Shown here: positions 1-8,925 of the stretch, piece by piece
How the letters are laid out: every line of letters starts with the position of its first letter
Numbering within the stretch: position 1 is the first letter of the stretch
Translations under genes and position numbers: made by a program
Notes under the pieces: model-generated
The model's database searches: none
The model's input: only the letters and a program-made list of their open reading frames with translations
What the model was told of the DNA's origin: nothing
DNA from: a virus
Taxonomy: Duplodnaviria > Caudoviricetes
IMG/VR virus record: IMGVR_UViG_3300033513_000024
Span: 1 to 41,428 of that record
DNA length: 41,428 bases
Direction: 5' to 3' (one strand)

Positions 1-12
1 CGAAACATCGGC

Positions 13-243
13 TTGTTCATTGCGTGGCCAGTTGTCGGTGTCATCCTGGCTCTACCAGCCTTTATTCTCTGCCGTCGGCGAAAGCTCAACAATCTCGGAT
101 GGATACTGGCTGCGTGTTGCCTCGTCTCCGCCGTCGTCTTTAATTGGTGGGGGATACTGCCGGTGGCGATACTGTCCTTTGCCCTTGCCTTTTACTACAC
201 TAGACGAACTAACCCTGTAGATGTCCTACGTAAACCCGAATAG
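13..243 (+). CDS. small membrane protein (may be 5'-truncated)
   Basis: 76-aa ORF with several hydrophobic segments at the window edge. Confidence 0.5.
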   Translation: MFIAWPVVGVILALPAFILCRRRKLNNLGWILAACCLVSAVVFNWWGILPVAILSFALAFYYTRRTNPVDVLRKPE

Positions 244-272
244 ATCGAGGTCATCAGCCAACGGGGGAACAA

Positions 273-301
273 TTGCAAGCCTGCTGGGGATGAGGTATAA
301 T
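273..301 (+). promoter_or_regulatory. sigma70-type promoter facing att/integrase
   Basis: TTGCAA (273-278), 17-bp spacer, TATAAT (296-301). Confidence 0.6.
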
Positions 302-430
302 GCGGCTGCGCTCCGCTCGGGGCGCAACCGCTTTAGAGGAGTGAACCGCCGATTGCAAGGCTCTTATCATCGCAGTTAGCATGGTTCGTCAAAAACCACT
401 AGCCGTGCAAACTCCGGTAGACAAACTGAA

Positions 431-482
431 CCTCACGGTTCACATCCGTGAGGCCAGAGGTTCGAGCCCTCTCGCGCCCACC
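431..482 (+). mobile_element. phage att core (probable attP): 3' half of tRNA-Val(CAC)
   Basis: Anticodon arm CACGG-TTCACAT-CCGTG, T-arm AGAGG-TTCGAGC-CCTCT, acceptor 3' strand CGCGCCC-A-CC. No D-arm or 5' acceptor strand upstream. Symmetric CCTCACGG/CCGTGAGG flanks the 7-nt loop. Adjacent to the integrase. Confidence 0.8.
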
Positions 483-578
483 TCAGTACCAGCCCTCCCA
501 ACCGCACATAGCACGGTTCGTTGACAACCAAGCCTTGCGCTCTCCCGTTATCACGGGTATAAAAAAAACTTGCACCAC

Positions 579-606
579 AGTGCGTATAATCGCAATTATC
601 GCCACT
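579..606 (+). repeat. dif-like 11-6-11 site
   Basis: AGTGCGTATAA TCGCAA TTATCGCCACT. Confidence 0.8.
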
Positions 607-628
607 GGAAGCCGTAACAGGAGATCGC

Positions 629-1609
629 ATGGTTCGTCAAATCACCCTCTCGCAGGCCGTCGAGGGCTTCACTCTCGAAAAACAGGCCAAGCGCCTTTCA
701 CCCCACACCCTCGCCGACTATTCCAACTCATTCCGCAAACTCGCCGCCTATCTCGCCGACGATCCGCCCCTGGCCAGCATCACCGCCGACCAGGTCAAAC
801 ACTTCCTGGTTGAGCTGGGCACCATCCCCCAGCCGTCCAACGGCGTCGCCGCGCGCCCTGCCCGCCCTCTCTCCAACAAAACCATTCTCAACATCCACAC
901 CGCCCTCTCCGCGCTCTGGACCTGGGCCGTCGATGAGGGCCTGGTCGAGCGCCACATCATCCACGCCATTCCCCGTCCCCGCCCCGAGCAGCGCGCCATT
1001 CACCCCTTCCCCGAAGCGGATGTCCGCGCCCTCTTGGCTGCCTGCGAGAGATCCGTCGAGTACACCCGCCAGGGCAAGCGCGCTTGTGCCAATCTGCGTC
1101 CCACCGTCGAGCGTGATCGGGCCATCATCCTGCTACTGGTAGATACCGGGATGCGCGCCTCCGAGCTGTCCGATCTGCTCCTCATCAACCTCGACCTGAA
1201 AAATCGCCAGGTCGCCGTCTATGGCAAGGGCAACAAAGAGCGCATCCTGAAGTTTGCCCCGGCCACCGGCAATGCCCTCTGGCGCTACAAGCTCCGCCAC
1301 CGCGACGGCGAGCTGCCTGCCGCCCGTCTCTTCGTCGCTGAAGGTGGCGGCCCGTTCAACCGCCTGGCGCTCCTCCAGCTCCTCAAGCGCCTTGGCAAGC
1401 GCGCCGGCGTCCGCGACTGTCACCCGCACCGCTTCCGCCATACCTTCGCCATTCAATTTCTGAGAAACGGCGGCAACATCTACGCCCTCCAGGCCGCACT
1501 TGGGCACACCAGCCTGGATATGGTTCGCAAGTATCTCCAGATCGTCCAGGCGGACCTGGACGCTGTCCACGAGTCGGCCTCGCCCGTTGCCAATTGGCGC
1601 CTGCAATAA
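629..1609 (+). CDS. int: tyrosine recombinase/integrase (XerC/D-like)
   Basis: RDRAIILLLVDTGMRASEL, GKGNKER, HRFRHTFA, LGH, then catalytic Tyr (MVRKY); N-terminal SAM-like region. Confidence 0.95.
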   Translation: MVRQITLSQAVEGFTLEKQAKRLSPHTLADYSNSFRKLAAYLADDPPLASITADQVKHFLVELGTIPQPSNGVAARPARPLSNKTILNIHTALSALWTWAVDEGLVERHIIHAIPRPRPEQRAIHPFPEADVRALLAACERSVEYTRQGKRACANLRPTVERDRAIILLLVDTGMRASELSDLLLINLDLKNRQVAVYGKGNKERILKFAPATGNALWRYKLRHRDGELPAARLFVAEGGGPFNRLALLQLLKRLGKRAGVRDCHPHRFRHTFAIQFLRNGGNIYALQAALGHTSLDMVRKYLQIVQADLDAVHESASPVANWRLQ

Positions 1610-1610
1610 C

Positions 1611-1639
1611 AAAAGCCCAGTCTCTGGTGACCGGGCTTC
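1611..1639. terminator. hairpin terminator between convergent int and tail genes
   Basis: AAAAGCCCAGTC-loop-GACCGGGCTT inverted repeat. Confidence 0.6.
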
Positions 1640-1641
1640 TC

Positions 1642-1669
1642 AGTCCCTATAATGCGCGTTATCGCGTCT
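1642..1669 (+). repeat. dif-like 11-6-11 site
   Basis: AGTCCCTATAA TGCGCG TTATCGCGTCT. Confidence 0.75.
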
Positions 1670-1675
1670 CTCAGA

Positions 1676-2164
1676 TTAGGCTATCTCATCCTGGTTCAGC
1701 AGGAACATACCGAACCATGTTGGAACTTCAGAAGCGTCAAGGTTTTGATTAACGCTGGTCTGTGCCGTCAACTCCACGTATGCCCCCGCCGCCAAATGGG
1801 TGATGACGCTGACGTTCATGCCGTCTGCTATGCTCGCATTGCCCAATCGCTTATTTGCGTCGAGACAAGTGCCGGCATTGTTGCGGATGAATACTCCGTG
1901 ACTATTGGCAGCCGCCGCCCAACCCACACAGCCCTGCACGAGATAGTAGCCGGCGCGCCCCGTAGGGACCGTGAGCCGGTTGGTGTTAGTTACGAGGCTG
2001 TGGTAGCCGTCCGTGTCGAAGTCCTCCGCATCTGCCAACGGCACTACCTGTTCTCCTCCAGCCGTGATAGCAGAGTCAGCCGTGCTTCTGGCCAACACAC
2101 CGTGAAAGCCTTCTACGTGGTTCCAGATGGCCGCCGTAATTACGTCCCCTGTCGCCCTGGTCAT
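1676..2164 (-). CDS. minor tail/tail-tip protein
   Basis: Last gene of the tail module; TGDVITAAIWN start typical of small tail proteins; beta-rich. Confidence 0.55.
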   Translation of the reverse strand: MTRATGDVITAAIWNHVEGFHGVLARSTADSAITAGGEQVVPLADAEDFDTDGYHSLVTNTNRLTVPTGRAGYYLVQGCVGWAAAANSHGVFIRNNAGTCLDANKRLGNASIADGMNVSVITHLAAGAYVELTAQTSVNQNLDASEVPTWFGMFLLNQDEIA

Positions 2165-2174
2165 TGATCTGCTC

Positions 2175-4184
2175 CTAAAAACCCAATATGGTAGTCGTAC
2201 CTAGCTGCGATGTGCCCAATATCCAATAACCCTCAGCCGGGTCAAGATATGGCTCTAACTTGAATGTGGTGCGTACCGATTGACCATTCTCACTCAGCCA
2301 GGTGTGGGTTATCTTGCCAATCTTCAGGTTCTCGTCAATATCCCTGGATGCAATCTGTAGGTTGACCAGCCTTTGCAGGTCTAGTCCGAACTGGAGTGCC
2401 GACCTATTCTCTATCTGGATGGTGGGGTATGCCAATGGATCGGCGAGTTTTGTTACAATCCAGTTGGCATAATTCTTGGCCTTATCAGAACTCTCCATCC
2501 AGTAATTGTCCAGAACAAAGTCTCTGTAGCCAAAGGCTGCCTCGCTTGCGGCATCCTCGTAGACGAAGGAGGCTGTGTACGGCGGATAGATTGCATCTCC
2601 CACCCCGCGCAGCAAAGTGATATATCCGCCGAGAGCGTTGGTATTGGTTAGGGTAAGGGTTGAACGGTCTCCAATTGCGGTCCAGGCAATCGTCACATCG
2701 GCGCTTATGTCCGTGCCCGTGCCATCCGCATTGGTCCAAATGGTTTTATCCCAGCCGATAGCTGAACCGCACACGGCCCATATACTATATCTGAACGTCG
2801 CCTCTACAACGAACGTGCCACCATTGCCGGCAATGTAGGGCTTATCTTGTAATTGCCACAGGGTAGTATTCAACACATCCAGCTTTTTGGGGTAAGCATA
2901 AATCTTTGCGCGGTTACGAAGCACTTCCCACGGCTGCGGAATAACGATATCTGTCAGTATCTCCTCTTCGGTGATAGCCGTGGCAGCGCCATAGTCATAA
3001 TCCCGGTCGTAGAATTTGGCCTGCCCCGCCGCATCTTGGAAGAACACGCCAAACTCCGCATCCTCCAGGTCATTGATCGCATCTATCGCCGACTGGTTGC
3101 GCCCCCACCAATGACTCAATGTATCTCCCAGAAGGCTCCAACCTGCTGGCAAAGAGGCCCAATGGGAAGTGGGCCATTGGGCATTGGTCAAGACACCAGA
3201 GATGGCCGGGCCAATCCTAAATGTATACCAACCCAGGTTAATCCTTCTGTCTCGCAGCCAACGTATTCCATCCTTCATAACTAGGCGAACTCGATTCTTT
3301 CCAATGGATTGAATATCGTCCACTGTTCCACGAAACACATCATAGGTTAGACCCGAGACCGTATCTGTGACTTGTATCTTGGCAAACTTGCCGGGAGCGA
3401 CATTGGGATAGAGGGGACTGGAAGTATACCAGGGGTCGAATCGCCTGTCCTCATTGTCCAACGTAACGACCGCCTCGCCCACCTGCATGTGCTCGAACCC
3501 ATTCCCGCCAGGCTTGATCAGATTGTCCCTACCCCGGCTGACGGTCAGTCCGGTAGCGCGCGTGGCCTCGTTGGGGTTGGAGTAAGTCCCCCCGCCGAAG
3601 TCGTCAATCACTGCCGCGCTGCCGTCGTCCAGATAGAACCCTATTTTGCCGCCGTGCAGATGGTTACTGCTGGTCCCCGTTATCTTCGCTTCCCAAGTTG
3701 ATGTCCCTGTGGCCATGTAGTAGGCAGTTATGGCAGTGCCATTTGCCACCAAGCCGAACTTATCGCCTGATTGCAAATCGATAACGAACGAGCCGAGGAG
3801 GATGCCTTCTCCTGTGTTATCGTACAACAGCATCGTGTCGCCCGTCGCGTCATTTCTAATTACGGCCAGGGTAAATCCGTCGCCCCAAATGGCTTCCTGC
3901 CGTACCAGCAGATCGACGCCCTCCAGGTTAGCCGGCCGGGTGACCAAGGTAAAAAATGCCGCGCAGTTCACCCCTGTATCGGTCGCCCAAAATGCATAGG
4001 CTGGTCCTGCCGCGGGATTTTCAATAACAACAGTGTTGGTGTCGATAACTGCATTTGAAATCCAAGTCCAATTAGCGCCCATCGCCCCATCAGCCCGGTT
4101 GAAGTTGTCGAGTACGGATGTGCACAACGGGAGCGTCTTATATGTCCCGTCCCAGGCGACTTGGATGTTCCACGTCAGCGTCAT
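2175..4184 (-). CDS. minor tail (hub/baseplate) protein with probable lectin-like insertion
   Basis: 669 aa directly after tape measure; DNFNRADG...DDFGGG beta-rich segment; C-terminal WILGTSQLGTTT. Confidence 0.65.
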   Translation of the reverse strand: MTLTWNIQVAWDGTYKTLPLCTSVLDNFNRADGAMGANWTWISNAVIDTNTVVIENPAAGPAYAFWATDTGVNCAAFFTLVTRPANLEGVDLLVRQEAIWGDGFTLAVIRNDATGDTMLLYDNTGEGILLGSFVIDLQSGDKFGLVANGTAITAYYMATGTSTWEAKITGTSSNHLHGGKIGFYLDDGSAAVIDDFGGGTYSNPNEATRATGLTVSRGRDNLIKPGGNGFEHMQVGEAVVTLDNEDRRFDPWYTSSPLYPNVAPGKFAKIQVTDTVSGLTYDVFRGTVDDIQSIGKNRVRLVMKDGIRWLRDRRINLGWYTFRIGPAISGVLTNAQWPTSHWASLPAGWSLLGDTLSHWWGRNQSAIDAINDLEDAEFGVFFQDAAGQAKFYDRDYDYGAATAITEEEILTDIVIPQPWEVLRNRAKIYAYPKKLDVLNTTLWQLQDKPYIAGNGGTFVVEATFRYSIWAVCGSAIGWDKTIWTNADGTGTDISADVTIAWTAIGDRSTLTLTNTNALGGYITLLRGVGDAIYPPYTASFVYEDAASEAAFGYRDFVLDNYWMESSDKAKNYANWIVTKLADPLAYPTIQIENRSALQFGLDLQRLVNLQIASRDIDENLKIGKITHTWLSENGQSVRTTFKLEPYLDPAEGYWILGTSQLGTTTILGF

Positions 4185-5974
4185 TGTCTCCCCTCCAGAG
4201 CAGCTCTCACGCCCTGCTCGATGAAGGGCCGCAATACAGTCTCCGCCTCGTACTGGCTGGCCAGGGAGATCGCCGGCGCGTAAGTGAGGCTAATAGTTAT
4301 TATACTGCCTGCCCCGCCGCCCATGGCCGGCAAGCTGGCCAGTACCGGCGTGGCCGCCGCCAGCGCCATTTGCGGCTGCACGGACTGGCCGATGCCCGCC
4401 GCCATACCGGCCATCATCTGCGCACCGACCTCCATGAAGACCTTCGACGGCGAGTGGATGCCCAGCGCCTCGCGGGCGCCTTGCAACGCCCTCTGTGCCG
4501 CCTCGACCGCCGCCCGCCGGATCGCGTCCGAGCTGGCAATGCCGCGCGCAATCGAATCCACCATATCTTTGCCCAGCCCGATCAAATCGCCCGAAAGTAT
4601 CTGCCCCATCTTCCTGAAGGATTCTTTGAAGCCCACCATCAATCGGTCTGACCATTCCTTCCCCACGATATATGTCAGGAACCCACCCAACAGACCCGCC
4701 GCCAATTCCACACCCAACATTCGGATATCGGTCATAATCCGGGCGCCCATCTGCTGAATACCCAGCAGCACGCCCAGCGCCCCGCCGCCCATCTCGGCCG
4801 ATCCCGGAGTAAAAATGCTCTTGATGCCATCGACGATCCCGATCCCGATGTTGCGCCCGATATTCTGTACGGCGGTCTTCGTGGCTGGGTCTTCCAGGGC
4901 CGTCGCCAAATCGCCTGCCAGGTTCATTTCAGTTTTGAAGCCTTCGGCGCCGACACTGCCTATGCCAGAAATCAGGGTTTTCGCGACGTCGGTTCCAACC
5001 GCCTTGATCTGCGCCTGCGTGTCAGGCGAAGAAGCCCAATCAGAGAGCGCCTGGATAATTCCTTGCAATCCCTGCGCATTGAACAGGTTGATGAATTCTT
5101 GTGCCTTAGGGATGCCCGTATTGACAAACCAATCCACCAGTTCGGTCAACTTGGGGATCGCCGTGTCGGTGATGAACTTAACCGCATTGTCGAGCGCCGC
5201 TTGGAATTCCGGCGTGTTCAGTCCCCCTATGAGCTTATCCGCCAGCTCCGTCAGGACCGGCAGCAACGCCGTCCCGATGGTGTCCTTGATCCCCCCGATC
5301 TTGTTCTGGAGGATGTCCAACTTGCCGGCGAAGGTCTCTCCGGCCGCCTGCGCGCTTCCTCCAAACTCCCGTTGTAGCTCTTGCAAAATCAGCTTTTGCG
5401 CCCCCGCCGTGTTCCCGGCCTCCACCATCGCCGCGATCATTTCTTTTTGGCTGTCAGTGAAGGTTACGCCCACGCGCGACAGGGCACTGATGCCTGCAAT
5501 CGGATCGTTGAGCGCCTTGCCCAATTGTATCGCGCTCGTGTTGAGGTCCTGCCCCAGCGCTGTGGACATATCCAACATCGTCTCAGTCGCCGCGGGGAAC
5601 ACGTCTTTCCCGATGTTGGTGAAGGTGAGAAGCATATTCTCACCTGATACAATCGCGTCATCCTCGAAGCGGGTGACGTCTTGCAGAGAAGCCGCCAGCT
5701 CGTTGGCCATTTCGGCGCTGACGCCCGCCGCCCCGCCCGTCGACTCGATGACCTGTGCCAGTTGCGCCTGGATGTCCTGCGCTTCCATCGCGCCGGCTGT
5801 GCAGTCGGCCAGCGCCGCCGTCAGGCCCGTCGCCGCTATGATGCCCCCTGCCAATCCAACCGCCAGCCCGCCCAGCGCAATCTTGCCCAGGCCGCCCAGC
5901 GCGTTCTTAACGCCGCCTAGCACGCCGGTGGCATTGTCCTTTGCGTTGACGATGATCTGGACTGTGTTAGCCAT
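4181..5974 (-). CDS. tail tape measure protein
   Basis: Ala/Gly-rich helical; QLGKALNDPIAGISALSRVGVTF and LGIHSPSKVF motifs; position. Confidence 0.9.
   Translation of the reverse strand: MANTVQIIVNAKDNATGVLGGVKNALGGLGKIALGGLAVGLAGGIIAATGLTAALADCTAGAMEAQDIQAQLAQVIESTGGAAGVSAEMANELAASLQDVTRFEDDAIVSGENMLLTFTNIGKDVFPAATETMLDMSTALGQDLNTSAIQLGKALNDPIAGISALSRVGVTFTDSQKEMIAAMVEAGNTAGAQKLILQELQREFGGSAQAAGETFAGKLDILQNKIGGIKDTIGTALLPVLTELADKLIGGLNTPEFQAALDNAVKFITDTAIPKLTELVDWFVNTGIPKAQEFINLFNAQGLQGIIQALSDWASSPDTQAQIKAVGTDVAKTLISGIGSVGAEGFKTEMNLAGDLATALEDPATKTAVQNIGRNIGIGIVDGIKSIFTPGSAEMGGGALGVLLGIQQMGARIMTDIRMLGVELAAGLLGGFLTYIVGKEWSDRLMVGFKESFRKMGQILSGDLIGLGKDMVDSIARGIASSDAIRRAAVEAAQRALQGAREALGIHSPSKVFMEVGAQMMAGMAAGIGQSVQPQMALAAATPVLASLPAMGGGAGSIITISLTYAPAISLASQYEAETVLRPFIEQGVRAALEGRQ
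4283..4310 (-). repeat. dif-like site inside the tape measure gene
   Basis: Minus strand: AGGCAGTATAA TAACTA TTAGCCTCACT. Confidence 0.65.
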
Positions 5975-5978
5975 CTTC

Positions 5979-6006
5979 AGTTCCCATAATTCAGATTATA
6001 GCGACT
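5979..6006 (-). repeat. dif-like site
   Basis: Minus strand: AGTCGCTATAA TCTGAA TTATGGGAACT. Confidence 0.75.
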
Positions 6007-6181
6007 GCCCTTTGTGGTTTGCTTTTGCCGTCCGCATATTGTGGTATTCAACCCAGCGCAGATACCACGTCACTCGTGCTCCCCCCGCTATCTCCCACGG
6101 CGGGACCCCCCACTCTTCGGCAGCCAGCAGGACGCCCATCCACCACGGCCCCCCGCCGCCGTGCCAGACGGCCGTCGCCAA
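5996..6181 (-). CDS. tail assembly chaperone, frameshifted C-terminal part (gpT-like)
   Basis: In the -1 frame of the upstream ORF and open from the slippery site. Confidence 0.65.
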   Translation of the reverse strand: MATAVWHGGGGPWWMGVLLAAEEWGVPPWEIAGGARVTWYLRWVEYHNMRTAKANHKGQSL

Positions 6182-6192
6182 CTGCCGAAGCT

Positions 6193-6438
6193 CTAAGGGT
6201 TTACGGCATCCGAGTTGAGCTGCTCCACGAACTGAGCCGCCGTCGCCTTCACCTCGGACAGCTTGATCTGTCCGATGGTCCGCTTGGCTACCTCGTACTC
6301 GATGTACTCTCCGTTTTCCCCCATCAGGCAGTGTGCCAGCACGTCACGCATCGCGCGTAGGTCGCCCGATTGCATATTGATCAGCTCTTCGAGCGTGATC
6401 CGGTCCGCATCCACCACGAATTTTAGTTTTTCGGCCAT
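6193..6438 (-). CDS. tail assembly chaperone (gpG-like)
   Basis: Between tail tube and tape measure; ends in A-AAC-CCT-TAG. Confidence 0.7.
   Translation of the reverse strand: MAEKLKFVVDADRITLEELINMQSGDLRAMRDVLAHCLMGENGEYIEYEVAKRTIGQIKLSEVKATAAQFVEQLNSDAVNP
6196..6202 (-). other. -1 programmed frameshift slippery heptamer A AAC CCT
   Basis: XXXYYYZ just before the stop codon; a -1 shift reads into LELRQLATAVWHGG. Confidence 0.65.
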
Positions 6439-6470
6439 GCTATCCTCTCCCCTTACTCCCTAATTCCGAC

Positions 6471-7433
6471 CTACAGCGCCGCCAGGCTGCAAATGAACTC
6501 CACCTCGCCCGTGTTCCCCAGCGTGTCTTTTTCCAGTGCCAGCGACACAGCCACCACGTTGTTGCCGTCCCTGTCCGATAGCGTGGCCACGTCCTTGACC
6601 ATATACATCCCGTCGATGCGCGCCTCAGTGGTAGCAGCGGTCTCGATGCACTCGATGCGCACGGCCATCAGGTCAGTTGTCAGCACGTGGTCCCTCAAGG
6701 CACGCACGGTGGCATTGTCGCACTCCAGCAGCAGGTCGAGCGTTACGTCGTACCGATCACTGCCGTGTGACGTGGGGTACAGGTAGCCGTCCGAAAGCTG
6801 CTTTTGGTGTAGCAGCTTGTCCAACTTCCAATCGAAGCTGATGAAGGCCCCCGTCAACTTCGTGTCGCCGATGTTGGCATATAGGTTGTCCAGGTAGAGC
6901 GCCGTCTTCCCCTGCCGGATGGCCGTCACCACCGCCAGCACCGGATTAGCCGACAGGTCCACCGGGTAATCCGTGTCCGCTCCCACCAGGTCGCCGGAAA
7001 TCTGCCACGCCTTGCCCGGCTCCCCGCTGATCGTCAGCGACTTGAAGAAGCCGTATGACGTACGCACGGTCCAATCCTCGCCGTCGGTCATCTCCACCGT
7101 CCACGGCGCAATCGTTGGGGCCGTGGCATCAGGCAGCGGGAACGTCCACGTGTACGGTGCGCTCCCTCCCACCGGCGAGACGGAGCCGAGGCCCATACTC
7201 GCCAGGATCGGCCCTTCCTCGAAACACGCCTCCGCCTTGATGCTCCCCTCCCCGTGGTACTCGCCGATGTAGTGCCGCGGCTGCGCGAAAGTGCCCACAT
7301 CCTCGTTGACCTGCACCTTGCCCACCACTGGCCGCAGCTCGCCCACGGCGTGCAGCGCTACGTCCACCGGCGCCGCCTGGCCTGCCGTCCCTTCCAGCCC
7401 CACGCAAACACGTCTCTGCGCTTTTGAACTCAT
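6471..7433 (-). CDS. major tail tube protein
   Basis: 320 aa, beta-rich, located between tail completion and chaperone genes. Confidence 0.7.
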   Translation of the reverse strand: MSSKAQRRVCVGLEGTAGQAAPVDVALHAVGELRPVVGKVQVNEDVGTFAQPRHYIGEYHGEGSIKAEACFEEGPILASMGLGSVSPVGGSAPYTWTFPLPDATAPTIAPWTVEMTDGEDWTVRTSYGFFKSLTISGEPGKAWQISGDLVGADTDYPVDLSANPVLAVVTAIRQGKTALYLDNLYANIGDTKLTGAFISFDWKLDKLLHQKQLSDGYLYPTSHGSDRYDVTLDLLLECDNATVRALRDHVLTTDLMAVRIECIETAATTEARIDGMYMVKDVATLSDRDGNNVVAVSLALEKDTLGNTGEVEFICSLAAL

Positions 7434-7483
7434 AGCCTATCTCCTGTGTCTTAATCCTCCCCCCCTCTCACGGGAGGGTGAAG

Positions 7484-7930
7484 TTAATAGCGCAAAACGC
7501 CCTTCAAATTCGGCGTCACGCTGTTGGTGTTGTCTACGGTCGCCACAATCCTGTACTGTGCACCCTGGACCGGAATGCTCCCCACATAGCTGTTAGTTGT
7601 AGTCGCTATGCCGGAGACCAGTGTTCCCGACAGGGCATGGTCGTACCAGTTCGTCCCATCCGGCGACACCTCGATCTCCAGCGTCATCGTGTTCACCGAT
7701 GCCCCGTCGGTTACCCGGTAAAACAGGTCCAGGTAGGTGTACACCGACCAATCGTAATTTGAGAAGTTTGTGCTCTCGTCAATCGCCGCCGTGTTGATCG
7801 TCGTGATGCGCGCCAGCGGAGGCGCTGCCACCACCGGCTCCGGCTGCACCGGCGCTGCCGAAAGCGACCCCGCCGCCAGCAGCCCGAAGAGTGCCGCCAA
7901 TACGATGACCGACAAAACCTTTTGCTTCAT
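7484..7930 (-). CDS. signal-peptide-bearing beta-sandwich protein
   Basis: MKQK + hydrophobic core + SLSA signal; IEVSPDGTNWY motif. Confidence 0.6.
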   Translation of the reverse strand: MKQKVLSVIVLAALFGLLAAGSLSAAPVQPEPVVAAPPLARITTINTAAIDESTNFSNYDWSVYTYLDLFYRVTDGASVNTMTLEIEVSPDGTNWYDHALSGTLVSGIATTTNSYVGSIPVQGAQYRIVATVDNTNSVTPNLKGVLRY

Positions 7931-7946
7931 GATCGTCTCCTCTCGA

Positions 7947-8372
7947 TTAGGGTGTGAAAGTTTCGTCCACTTTCACGTCAACTTCAAACTCTATGCCGAT
8001 GTGTTTCTCCCCGCTCTGATAATCCCACCCGGTGAATTTATAGCGAATGGCGTTTACCCCCTCCACCGTCCCCGACAGCGTCGGGTCCTTGCACAGCTCT
8101 TTGTAAAACGGCTGAAGGTACGGGCGGATCTCTTTTTCGTTGTCGGCCAGCGCCCCGCGCATCACGTGCAGCTCGCAGCGGATCGTGTGTAGCCCATAGC
8201 CCCAATTCGATGACTGGATATCGAATTCCCCTGACACTGGGTAGTTGATCCAGAACGGGAATTCGGCCATACCGTCCACTGCCGTCGGCTTGGCTACCTT
8301 CGTGCTGACGATGTCCTCTTCGATCTCCACCAGTTCGTCGAAGACGTTCCCCGTCCCCTCAATCCAGCTCAT
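7947..8372 (-). CDS. tail completion/terminator protein
   Basis: Size, position, and KDPTLSGTV motif. Confidence 0.6.
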   Translation of the reverse strand: MSWIEGTGNVFDELVEIEEDIVSTKVAKPTAVDGMAEFPFWINYPVSGEFDIQSSNWGYGLHTIRCELHVMRGALADNEKEIRPYLQPFYKELCKDPTLSGTVEGVNAIRYKFTGWDYQSGEKHIGIEFEVDVKVDETFTP

Positions 8373-8418
8373 TCCTTCTGGTCTCCTATCCGTTTATCCG
8401 CTCTAATCGGTTGCTCAC

Positions 8419-8446
8419 AGTGCGTATAATGTAAATTATCCGCACT
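8419..8446 (+). repeat. dif-like site (near-perfect palindrome)
   Basis: AGTGCGTATAA TGTAAA TTATCCGCACT. Confidence 0.85.
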
Positions 8447-8448
8447 GC

Positions 8449-8925
8449 TCAGCTTCCCCCCAACCTATCCGCTATCCGCTTCGCCACCTCGTTGAACTCG
8501 TTTTCAATCCAACTCACGTTCTCTTCGAGGCCCCGCCTGAACATCTCGAATGCCCTTGTTCCGTGCCGGGCGATCCCCCTGGCCACCACGAACGCCGTTG
8601 TCCCGTGTCGCCGCGCCCACACCTCCAGCGCCGCCAGTGGCGGCCAGTGTGGCTTCGTCCCAAACTCGGAGTAGGGCGCATAGGTTACGTTCGTGCCCAC
8701 AATGCCGCGTATGTCGCTTCCGCTCCCCTCGACGACCTGGGTTATCGATGACCTTTCCCTGCCCCGGTCAACCGGTGTGTACTTCTTGACGCTGGTCGCA
8801 ACCCGCTGCACGGTGCGGTTCATCCCTTTGTCGATCTCACCTCTGACCACGTCTACCGCGCCCGCGAACTTCCGCTCGACCGCTTCCAGCCCCTCAATTT
8901 TGACCGCGATAACCGGCTGTGCCAT
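8449..8925 (-). CDS. HK97 gp10-like neck protein
   Basis: TPVDRGRERSSI, VGTNVTYAPYSEFGT; start reassigned to MAQPVIAV, which overlaps the upstream TGA. Confidence 0.75.
   Translation of the reverse strand: MAQPVIAVKIEGLEAVERKFAGAVDVVRGEIDKGMNRTVQRVATSVKKYTPVDRGRERSSITQVVEGSGSDIRGIVGTNVTYAPYSEFGTKPHWPPLAALEVWARRHGTTAFVVARGIARHGTRAFEMFRRGLEENVSWIENEFNEVAKRIADRLGGS

Larger units (their letters stand above)
379..641 (+). repeat. putative integrase arm-type sites
   Basis: GCATGGTTCGTCAAA at 379-393 and 627-641 (overlapping the int ATG); related GCACGGTTCG at 511-520. Confidence 0.55.

Noticed and set aside
302-331. Hairpin as the missing 5' half of the tRNA
   Set aside because: It pairs with itself and lacks the D-arm and correct distance to the 3' fragment; more likely a leader or terminator hairpin
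431-482. Functional tRNA-Val gene
   Set aside because: The 5' acceptor strand and D-arm are absent
4815-6218. 467-aa plus-strand ORF
   Set aside because: Antisense shadow of the tape measure and chaperone genes in GC-rich DNA
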